NCBI GenBank assembly: GCA_035084275.1
Contig: CM068750.1
Span: 8,742,001 to 8,806,000, forward strand
From: Hydrolagus colliei
Lineage: Eukaryota
Direction of reading: 5' to 3'
Length of the DNA stretch: 64,000 nucleotides
Shown: positions 12,079-22,741 of the stretch, one piece after another
Layout of the letters: each line of letters opens with the position of its first letter
Numbering within the stretch: the first letter of the stretch is position 1
Translations under genes and position numbers: made by a program
The notes under the pieces: generated by a model
What the model saw: the letters and a program-made list of their open reading frames with translations, nothing else
The model's database searches: none
Told to the model about the DNA's origin: nothing

Positions 12079-14086
12079 TTATTTCTTCATTTATTAATTG
12101 GCTATGAATCAAGTGGAAGAAATAGTCCATTTCAGATTACTTTGAACTGGTAATTAATTTAGATCATGTTTTACAAGAATCGTGTAGAGGTTGACAACAA
12201 CTAGTTTCGGAAATGAAAAGTTATGTTTTTGTTCAAGTCTAAGCCACTTAATGTTTCCAAAGACTGATTCAAATATTAATTGAGTGTGGAATACCACCTG
12301 CATGGTTGAGTTTGGACAGTCTAATGATTTCCCAACGCCAGACACAGCGATGAATGGATCTTGTTCTAAGTCTCTCCAAGGCCAAATTGGATAAGAACGC
12401 TACTTGTGGTGTGTGGCTGAGGAATGATTGGTGACTGTGGCTAAGCTATCTGTGCTATCCTTTTGAACACAGGAAATGCATGGCCTACTGGAGAATTAGA
12501 GCGGAGAAAAAGGAGAGTTGAGTGCGCACACAAAACTGACGTAAAATCCTTCAGACAACTAAACTACTGCACACAAATTCTTAACATTCCTCTATTCCTC
12601 ATGAATAAGTCATCGTGATTTAACTGAAACATTTTTGAAGATTTTTGTATGTCTTCTAACTAGTTACATCTATCCTTTGTCTGGGTTCCTATATCTAGTG
12701 TTGGCAATAATATGGAGGCTGAACAGCAACTTTCCTCCCCACCACCTCACCAATCTAACCCTCACTAGTTTTATGTTTGATTTCTGTTAATCTTATTTTT
12801 TGTGGTTAAAGTTTATTTCACACAATCAGTCAAGAAATTTACACCTCAACGCATTGTACGTTTAATATGATAATCCTAATGTGTTGTATAATATGAGCAT
12901 TTATTGTAACCATGAAACAAAGTGTATTTTTAAAAAAGGAAAGAACATTAGCTACTTCGTATTAGAATTTTATCAGGACCTCCCAAGGAAATTTCAGTTT
13001 TAATTGTGAAACATTGGCTGCAGAGTCTGAATCAACTTCATTGGCAAATGTAATCTAGGTGGTTTTTTTTTTATTCCAGGAATTTTTTAAATGTGTACAT
13101 TGTGTGTATTTTTGCCCAAATATGGAACAGAGTTTGAATTTCTGAAACTGAAAATGAAAAGAAAGCTGAAGAAACTGTGGTCTAAATCTGGGGATGTCTT
13201 GGAGTTTCTGAGTCATTGTTGGAACCTCTATTTTGTTATGAGCATGGAATCTCCGCTCTGTTATGAGTAATCTTTCAGTAATCATTAAACCTTGAAGAAT
13301 GTTTTTAATATTCCACTACAGATTTTTTTCCCCCCAGTGATGGTAATAAAATATCTACTTGCAGGAAGTTGAAGTGAACCAAAAGTGAAGCACAGACTCG
13401 CACCAGAAAGACATGCCTGTTCAAGTGCATTTAAAAAGGTTCACATCCTAAAGGAACAATCTTGTTGGATAAGATCCAAAAATGTTATGTTAATTTCCAC
13501 GTTTTGTTTTAAACACAGTCACTTTGGGAGATTGCATTATGTTGATCTTATTTCAGCCGAATTATAAGTTTCTTTCTGCAGCTGATTTGATGGCCTAGGG
13601 AATCTGCAGTGATCGCTTCCAGGTCTCTGAGTAGATTTCAGAGTGTTTCCGAGCACTGGCTTATGTACCTTTTTGTAATGCTTAGCATCATGGACTTATC
13701 ATTTTCATGTATAGTTTCTGGTACTAGGCAAGTGTGTAAAAAAAACCAGAGCTTAAGAGATATGTGACAGAGTTAAAAAAAAACGACCTTTTCAAGACTC
13801 GTATTAAATGTGTGATTTTAGAATTTATCTTCAGTTTTATATTGATCACTGTTTTGTGTAAGCAGTCAGAGGGATGGCTTTGTTTTGCTTTTGAAAGCAC
13901 CTCTGAATCTTGAGGTTTTAATATAATGAAGTGCAGCAGCAATTAAAAAAAAGACTGTCAGATTGAGAAGCTGCCATGTCTGAGTTATAAGGTTTTGTTG
14001 CACCCATTAAGAGTTAAAAGGTGAATTTAAAAAAAAATCCTGTGAATTATAAATACTGTATGTCTTTTTCTCGCACAATTGGTTTT

Positions 14087-14370
14087 GGGGTCAAGTTTCA
14101 TTCCTGATTTGCTGATCTCGTGTTCAACCAACTAGTGTCTTCCTTGATCCTTGGGTTGAAGAGGATAATATTTATCCACTCATGTTTGCTATCCAGGAAC
14201 CCTTACTGGAAACAAATGTGTGCAGAATAGCTGAGCGTAACTGAGTTAGTGTTGGGTTCAACAGCAGTGCTACCCAAAATCACCTAGATTTTCCTGACTC
14301 TGTCCAGGTTCCCACAAAAAGAATGGTCACTTCGGCGAGAGGGCAGAAGACTATTGATGCCTGAACACTA
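14087..14370 (+). mobile_element. Probable ancient SINE-like dispersed repeat
   Basis: gctatccaggaacccttactggaaa...aagaatggtcacttcggcgag resembles a chondrichthyan repeat I recall. Weak related pieces lie near 19520-19620 and 22365-22420. Not verified by alignment. Confidence 0.4.
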
Positions 14371-15129
14371 GCTTGAGTCAACACCTTCAGTGTACGGTTG
14401 GTAAGAGGAGAACATTTCAAATACTTTGAAAATGAAAGCTTTGAAAACCATTTGCCATACATCTAAAAGCTTTACAGTAGCTTCATTTTCTTTGATCTCA
14501 ACAAGCCTGATATCATCTTACATGGAACTGCTCTCCTGTGAGTGTTTATAACTAGCAATGAGAACTAATGTTGTGCCTTGATGTGTGTATCATTTTGCAT
14601 TAGTGTGTTGGCACTTTCATCATGACTTGCGCCTTTGTTCACTACCTCTGCGACCCTGTTGTTTTGCACCATTCATGGCTTGGCGCTTCCTCTCTGCGAT
14701 CACATTTCTCTCTCTCTCTCTCTCTAACTCACTCACACACACGCATCATTATGAACCCATGATCAAAGCTCTCTGAGTATGAAAACATTGTACCTTCCTT
14801 GTTGTTTGCATGGCTTCAGCGTATTAGTATTATCACAGACCACTTCCCAACATTGTCATTACCTTATGTACTTGTAAGCATAGGATTTCAGAATTCTGAC
14901 ATAGGAATTTACAGTGGTCCCTCAATAGCACTTAGAGCGAAGCAAGTCGTGAAGTATAGGTGGGCACATCTGTTAACCCATCCACAATATTAGAATTATG
15001 AAATGGCTCCAAATTAGGGCTTTTTAATGTAGTGAAATTAGACACTGGCACTTTAAGAAAAACTCAATTTTTCACCTCCCATATCTATCAAATAAATACG
15101 GTAGATTGATGTCTCCTGAGCATGTTTTT

Positions 15130-15332
15130 AGAACAAAAAACTCTTTTGGAATAGCATCATAGGATTTTTAGTGGGTATGTTAATCTGGTCCTTGGTTTAA
15201 CATTTCATTTGAAAGACAATCTTAATAATACAGCACTCCTCCAGTGCTGGATAAAAGTTTGTGAGCTCAAGTCCTGATCTATGGCTTAAACTCTTATACC
15301 CTATAGACGCAGAGACAAGTCAACTGAGACAA
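15130..15332 (-). mobile_element. Degenerate DeuSINE (SacSINE/AmnSINE-like)
   Basis: ttggtttaacatttcatttgaaagaca is the reverse complement of a Deu-domain-like tctttcagatgagatgttaaacc, also seen at 31611-31630. Head remnant gagctcaagtcc...caactgagac. Confidence 0.65.
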
Positions 15333-16282
15333 AATGACTGATGTGTAGTTTGAATGGAATCTATTTTTGTCTGTGGAAGTACGATTTTATTTTACCTAGC
15401 CACATGAATACACAAGACACCTACCACAAAGCTGTGTAAAAACAATCAAAACATGAAAATCCCCGAATTGCTCTGTGCATTTAAATGATGGCTTCACAGA
15501 TGTTTGCCATTTGCTGCTGCAAAATTTATAGCATCAAGATCATATTTTAAGGCTTTTCCGTAACGGACATTGTAAAGAACTAATAATGGTGTAAGAGTTG
15601 TCTACAGGGAGTTTGGTTTGTCGGAATCGGCTTCCACAGTAGTCACAATAACTACTCTTTGGGAATCTTTGGAATGCACTTCCTTTTTCCATTCCTTTCT
15701 TACAGCACAGTGCGTTCTTTCCACAAATTCGGCAAGCTGTTTCGCCACAGCTATGTTTCCTTTGCCGTGAATAGAACTTGAACTTTGGGTTTGCAATTTG
15801 GCTTTCTTTTCCCTCCTCCTGGAAATTGCTGCAGTTCTGCATCTGTCCAGATTCTGACGTAAAAGAACCACTTGCCAATGTCTTTGATCACAAAGGATAG
15901 CGATCACATAAAGATAATTCTAGAAAATGAGTGAATATGACGCATGTTTAGGATTGTTTCCAAACCTGATGATGAGATGACGTTTTTTGCTCAGGAATTT
16001 TTGACTTCTGATGCTCACTATCCACATGTAAGAAATGGATGTTTTTTGGTACTACATGCAAAAAAAAATTGTTATGGCATCTACATGTGGCAGCAATATG
16101 CTATCCACATGGAAGCGGCACGTAATCTTCATTTACAGTAAAAAGCTGCATTTTTAAAACAATCTTCAATCAATCTTTGATCGTCATTTTTATATTTACA
16201 GCATCCAGTACAATTCATGTCTTTTTAATTGAGAGGATTGATAACATTGCACATCTGCAGAACAATGAGCTGCCTCACCGTT

Positions 16283-16471
16283 GGTGGGAGAGCTTTCCGT
16301 TATTCTGTCCCCAATCTGTGGATCTCCCTCCCTCCGTCCACCTTATTCCCTGTCTGCCTTCAAAACCGTCTTTAAGACCTATCTCTTTAATCCGAACTTT
16401 TGGGCTCCTAAATATTACTTGTGAAATACTTTGAGATGTCCTCCAACATGAAAGGTACTGTATATTGTTGT
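16283..16471 (+). mobile_element. L2 LINE 3' fragment
   Basis: Translates GRAFRYSVPNLWISLP...FKTVFKTYLF (L2 ORF2 C-terminus), then tail ctttgagatgtcctccaacatgaaagg. Confidence 0.75.
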
Positions 16472-17471
16472 AGTTTTTAATAATTGGGAACCAAGAGCTT
16501 GTGCATAAACTGCAAAATATTTCGAACTGTATTATCCCTGAGTTAAAATCCAGTTTTGTACGTGAAATGCACTCAACATCTGTCTCGCATATAAAATTTT
16601 ATTTCTCTTTAAGTTCTTATGAGTTTGGCATTGAACCATTGCCTCCACGAATTCTATATTCCACTATAAATGTTTTAGCATAACGTAGGTTCATGACTAT
16701 TATTTACATATGGTTTCCATGTAATGTAGCATCATAAATCTCACCTTTATATTGATATATTTTAAAGTGACAAAAAGTGGCTGAAAGGCTATATTTCCAG
16801 ATTGTTTTTTTAAAAAAATCATTTATATAATTTGAGGGGTTTTTACAAGGGGGAAAAAGAAACATATTTGGTTTTGTAACGTGCTGCTGTCTTTCTGAGA
16901 TCTGGGAAATCTGGACACAAAATGAGGTTGAAAAAGTACCTGCGATGTTGAACAGCAAGTTGCATTCCTCAATGGTTCAGCAATGTCTTTTGACAAACTG
17001 TACTTTGTTTGACTGCAGTGCTATCAGTGACTAGCCTCTCGTTTGGGTACAATACAGCTTCTGTCCAGGGGATTTGAAGTGAAATGGTGCCTGGTCAGCA
17101 TACATCTAAAGAGTGCAGAAGAACAGACATATTAATTTATACATGAGGCAACAGTTTATTACAAAATATTAGACCTAATGAGAAGATTTTCTGAAAAGCT
17201 GCCAATGTTTAGTATAACTGGCTGTAGGAATTATAATTAAAGCTTTTCGTTTTTCAAACTCACCAGCACTGAATATTTTTTCAACCAAACTGAGTGATTG
17301 AAATGCAGAACTTTGCATATTTATAAGGAAAGGTTTGAAACCTCTGTCACTAAGCTTTCACATTTCTGTAGGCGTTCTATTCAGTATCCTATTGGTGAAG
17401 AACTTAACCTCTTCGTGTGGAATAGTACACTCATTGAGTGAGCAATGAGTGGAAGTTTGATCACTCATTCT

Positions 17472-17491
17472 GTGTGTGTGTGTGTGTGTGT
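17472..17491 (+). repeat. (TG)n microsatellite
   Basis: tgtgtgtgtgtgtgtgtgtg. Confidence 0.9.
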
Positions 17492-17571
17492 ATATGTAAA
17501 TAAATAGTGGTTATTGTGTAAGTATGCTAATGTGAATTCTGTTTCCGCTAACGTTCCCACTCGTCACTTTG

Positions 17572-17825
17572 AAGTGCTTTGAGAGAACAACAAGAATAAT
17601 TTCCAGTAGTGAGCTCTGAGCAAAGGCTAGACAAGCTTGGGTTCTTCTGTCTTGAGAGAATATGGCTCAGAGGGAATCTTACAGAGCTATATAATTTTTT
17701 AAAATTGAATGGTCAATTTGATCATCAAGTCAATTTCAGGAGAATGGTAGAGTGGGTATACAGTACTGAAGACATGAGATCAAATAGGCTGAAGGGCCTT
17801 CTTCTGCCAACCTAATCTTGTGATA
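17572..17825 (+). mobile_element. Degenerate CR1 LINE 3' fragment
   Basis: ORF 17609-17815 begins SSEQRLDKLGFFCLERIWLRGNLTELYNFLK (CR1 SYEERL..LGLFSLE.RRLRGDL). A 3'UTR-like ggctgaagggccttcttctg follows. Confidence 0.75.
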
Positions 17826-18133
17826 TTTTACTAGCATCAGTTTCATCCCTATTGAATCTACCCTTTCCATTGCCTTGATATCCATCCTGTGTTGTATAGC
17901 TTTTTTAAAACAAAAAATGAAATGGCTTTTTAATAAGCACAGCACTTGTCAAAAGGCTCTGCAAATATTGCAGTGTTGATCACTAGGAACAGCTAAGACT
18001 TATTTAAGCAGGTGTGGTTCAGAATACCATATCCTTGTCTTTAAACCCATTTTTTGTCCGTGGATTGGAAGTATGACTCTAGCAGTTGTGCTGGTTGGTA
18101 AGCAGTCTGTTACTTTGCTACCCAATAAATGTA

Positions 18134-19020
18134 CAGGTAAGCCTCTATTTATGACGCTTCTATTTAGGACATTTTGATTGAAGGACCATAACTTGTTCAC
18201 ACTTTTTGATCAATATACGATACTTGGATTCGTTTTCAGGATTCAAATTTTTTTGCGCATGCACAGTACATATTTTGAGTATTGCGGTCGCATTTTGCAA
18301 GTCCTTTTTGTCCATACGCACAGTCCATGGTGTATTCGCGAGTAAATCCAAGCATTTGAACTGGCCAATAGCATGTCGCCACTCATTGTTTAAAAGCCAG
18401 CTGATTTTGAAGCGACACCATGCTACGTCAGTATTACAGTGATTTCCGAACATTCCCGAGCGATTTACAGCCTCTACTGCGCTTCTACCATGTTGGGGGA
18501 GAGACTGCAGTAAATGAAATGAACAGCGATAATACTGCCAGCGGCAAGAAACCCCGCAAAGTCATCACTTTAAATACCAAATTGAAGGTGATAAAGCGCA
18601 TCGATTCTGGTGAAAAAGGTTCAGACGTCAGAGGGCTTTAGGGCTAGCTAGATCGACGGTGGCCACTATAAAACAGAATAAGGACAATATACTGGCTAGT
18701 TCAAGGTGTATTACAACTAGAGGTGCAAGCAGATTAGCAAAACATAGGAGTGATGTGATGGAAAACATGGAAAGAATGTTGAGTGTCTAGATTGAGGATC
18801 AGAACCAGCGTAATATACCATACAGTTACCCCAAGTACCCCTTCTTGCCTATGTGTGTTAGTTTGTGTGTTATGTTGTGTGGTTTTGTGTGTTATTTAGT
18901 GGGTTTAAGGTTCCGAAAATTTTGTGAAAAGAACGCATCTCTGGTTATATAATGGGACTGCATGGGAAATCACGTTTTGACTTAGGACGTTTTTCAGGAA
19001 TGCAAATACTGGTTTACCTG
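18134..19020 (+). mobile_element. Internally deleted Tigger/pogo (Tc1-mariner) DNA transposon
   Basis: TA|caggtaagcc ... ggtttacctg|TA: terminal inverted repeats (9/10) with TA target duplication. CpG-rich 5' part and a transposase N-terminal remnant inside. Confidence 0.88.
18519..18820 (+). pseudogene. Tigger/pogo transposase N-terminus (CENP-B-type HTH), disrupted
   Basis: MNSDNTASGKKPRKVITLNTKLKVIKRIDSGEKGSDV/(frameshift)ALGLARSTVATIKQNKDNILASSRCITTRGASRLAKHRSDVMENMERMLSV*IEDQNQRNIP. One frameshift and one stop; the DDE domain is absent. Confidence 0.88.
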
Positions 19021-20297
19021 TATTTGTTTATTTTGTTTATCAGTCAGGTGTCTGACACATGCAAAAATCCATCAGCATGCACATCCATTCAGTCAACTAA
19101 AACTTGGAGCAGGCACTAACCAGTGTAAAATTCCTGATTTGGACCAAACTATGAACCACAATCTCCTTTTATTTGGTGTGTCTACATGACAAAATGGCTG
19201 GTTTGTCTTTTATGAGTCATACAACCACCCAGTGGCGATCTTGTCATAGATAGCATGCTACTGTTCTGATTGACTTCCTAGCAATGGCTGAGTCAAATAT
19301 GCATTCATGCCAATGGCAAAAATCACGCACAAAGTATTTTGTATTGATGGCTGAGAAGATTGATGCTTCCTTCGATGAAAATACTCATGTAACATTTAAC
19401 ATTTTTCTTGGGTGAATAGTAGAATAATTAAAAGTGTTGAGAAATGTTTATACAATTGGCCTCAAAGACCTTAGCTTGTAAAAGTGACAATCAGTTTTTG
19501 TTCCCAATTATGTTCTGATGATTTTCACCCTCTGGTTGGTGTGGGTGCTGGATGAGGCCAAAATTGGATTTGGCTGCCACTTTGTGTCCTCTCACCACAA
19601 TTATATTGTTTGCTAATCTGTGAAACTAGGCATTGGCAGTAGTCAGAGAGTAGAGCTTTTCTTTTTCACTCCGCACTGGATTCAGAAGCAAGTTCCAGAG
19701 TTGAAAAGATGAACTAACCTTGTGTCGAATATTGCACCAAGCTATCTGCAGCACTCTCTCAGCTTGTCCTTTGTCTGCACAGGAGGTGGAAGACAATTCT
19801 CAAACCAATACACAAGGTGAACTTCCCTGAGATCAGGATGGAGAGTACCTATGCACCCTTTTAGCTAGGTTAGAACATGTAGTTGAAGATCTAAGAGATT
19901 TTTCTGAATAAGTTTTTTTAAAATAAAATGGTTTGGAGTCTGCTTTAAATTCCCAATGAACCAACTGTCCAAAGGGTGTTTGAAATTCAGAGGAGCTGGA
20001 ATTGTGTTCTGACATTACCTTGCATCATAACAATTTGAGATTATTTGATGAAATGCTGTTGGAAGGAAAAGTATTAACCTATAGAACTGACTATCTGTAC
20101 CTATACTGCTAAGTAGGATTAAATATATTGATGGTGTTCAAGTGCATCTTTCAGTGATTGCATGCCGAAGTATCAGCACAGGCTGTCGTGTATGAATCTA
20201 TAGGTTTTACCGTGCAAAGATTGCACAAAGCAACCAATTATCACTTCATGGTTTGAAATTTGCTTCAATATTATTGTTTAAACCTGGCATGCTTGTA

Positions 20298-20708
20298 CAG
20301 TAAAAGCTTGTTTATCCAGCACCCAACCAACTAGAACGCTCAACCCCCAATTGTATCTCCCAACACAATTCACCGTTCCAGCAAATGGATCTCATACCGG
20401 AGCCATCCAGGACACTGGCTAGTATGCTCACTTTGCGCATGCGTGCAATGCATGCGCACTTATTAAAGTTAACAAATGCTGGAATTTTTATTTTATCGCT
20501 CATTTTACCAAGTGCGCTGGAATGCTTTATTGGTAAGGATCCATACAATATTCTTGTTATTATTTAGTCTATTACTAATATGGTATGTTTTAAAAGAAGT
20601 AAATTTTTTGTGTAGGATTTTCGGCAACTTGCCGCTCGAATATCCGGCATATTCAATTAACCGGCACCGGTCAGGTCCCGAGGGTGCCGGATAAACGAGC
20701 CTTTACTT
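20298..20708. mobile_element. Tigger-type MITE (~410 bp)
   Basis: TA|cagtaaaagcttgtttatccagcacc ... ggtgccggataaacgagcctttactt|TA: ~26-bp imperfect TIRs with TA TSD. No transposase ORF; relatively CpG-rich. Confidence 0.88.
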
Positions 20709-21641
20709 TATTTCGAATTATGAGTTAACCATTTTCTCGTTGCTTCATTGCAATCAGAGATCATGCCTGTTTGGGAAATTGGTTCTTATATTATTTGTAA
20801 TCTTCTATCTGTTTCTGAAATCAATGATGTCAGTCATTCCTTAGTTCTGAGGGTACATATATTTGTGCCAAACATGTGTAATTCTTTCACAGAGATAGCC
20901 AGTGAGACTTTTATTCTTTCTTGATCTAATTGCGTGCAGATGAATATATTTTGAATTGTCTGGGTGCATCAAACCAGCTGTCAAGAGTTTGAATACTTGT
21001 GTCTGTAACTTGTTTCTTTCGTTTCTTTCACTTGGTTTCACAAAGTTCAGGGTAAAATCATTGATGGAAATTTTTGGGGGCTTATTTACATACAGTATTA
21101 AAAAAACGGCTGCTTATGCTTCTGATTAATTTTGCCAGTTACCTCATCTATTTGAGGCCAGCTGAAAATCATCCGAAGATTGAGAATGTTGTATATAGGA
21201 TTCTACATTGACAATACAATAAATCAGTGCACATTTGGATATACAATTCAGATAATACAAGTATCTGCAGTTTAATATCTTTGTCCAAAATTATTGTATC
21301 CGAGTACTTGAAGCAGACTTGCCCTTCATTTCAAATCAACATGATATTTCCACCAATGTACGACAGAGAGCAACCATGGAGGTTAATGTGATCTAAGCCA
21401 GTGGTGTGCAGGTGCTAGAAAGATCCAAATAAGATGGTATCAGTACGACGTGCTGAGCTGTAGAAAGTTGTGGATTAACCAGAAGGACATGTCAGATATT
21501 ATCCAGTGCTAGATGTCAGGCACAGCCTTTGTTTTCTGTATGTTATCAAGGAGTGTGGTAATATTCAAGATTGTTCCAGAAAGGTAACTATTGAGCATCA
21601 TCAGCAAACCAAGGAAAATGAATCCTCAGTTTGTTTTGATG

Positions 21642-21716
21642 ATAATAGTAATAACAATCCTTGCATTTGATATAGAGCTTTTTACGTGCTCTAACCACTG
21701 AGCTACAGGACTCCAC
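21642..21716 (-). mobile_element. tRNA-SINE with head fused directly to tail
   Basis: Tail atccttgcatttgatatagagctttttacgt is joined to head gctctaaccactgagctacaggactccac; about 220 bp of body is missing. Confidence 0.85.
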
Positions 21717-22668
21717 AGTATACTCCACAGTAAACACAATAATGTTTAAGAGAATTCGAGGCATTTTAAGAGAAATAACACGGAATTGTAGCTGAGCTTT
21801 TAATGGAGATAACATTAATAACAATTTGTGTAACAGTCTTCCAATTGGGGTCGCGCCTCAGAGCACTTTAGATCACAGCCAGCACGACAGAACAAAGGCC
21901 TTCTATGCTATAATTTCTGCAACTTGATGCCAAACCATTAGATTAGGCACTGGAAAGATTTTGCTTCAAGAAAGTTTGTGATTATCAAGGAAAGTAGCCG
22001 AGTCCCACCAAAACAAATTGCATCATGCTAAGAGTGCAGAGTAATGATACTTCAATCACAGTATAGTCGGTGTGTTTCCTATTGTGCAGAAAATTCATTT
22101 TTCACAAAATTGGCCACTTTGCCTCATCCCAGTTAAAAGGCGCTTTGTAATTTTGTGTTGTATCTAAGATCACTCTTCATACAATCTTTTGTATGAAGAT
22201 TGTGGTGCACTCCATACAATCTTTTCACTTCAGCCGGTGCTTGACGTAAAGAAAAATCGCCATGCCTAAGAGTATGCGAACCAGATTGATTTCAACATGT
22301 GCATACTGCCTTGGCGGAAATGTACCACTTATACAAGATAACACCCAGAATTAATATCTCAATATGTGCCCAGATTCAATCCCTGGCTTTTGCAGTTAGT
22401 TAGCTGCCTTCAGCCAAAATTGCAACTGAAGAGTGACAGTTCCTCTTCACCCGCAAAAAAGAGGTCTATGCAGAGTTCAAAATCACCATTCTGTATATCC
22501 AACTGAACAATTGCATTTCGATAGAATGGCAACAATCTAGACAAATAAGTAAGATTCAAATTTGTGTTGCAACTAAGAAATTGCATTGCAACACAAAATG
22601 TGTTTTTAAAGTTACATTTAACCCATCAAACTCATTTGTTATGAAAATTTAAGGGTAACTCTGCAAAA

Positions 22669-22741
22669 TGAATTGTCTATTTTGTGGGCGAAGCGCGGCA
22701 GCCAATTGTGCATAGTAGTGTTCCACAAATAATCATCGATT
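22669..22741 (-). mobile_element. tRNA-SINE body fragment
   Basis: ttgtgggcgaagcgcggcagccaattgtgcatagtagtgttccacaaa matches 39828-39875. Confidence 0.8.

Noticed and set aside
19783-19816. 34-nt micro-exon (EVEDNSQTNTQ) after a pyrimidine-rich CAG
   Set aside because: Weak donor (gtgaac) and unrecognised peptide; would need RNA-seq support.
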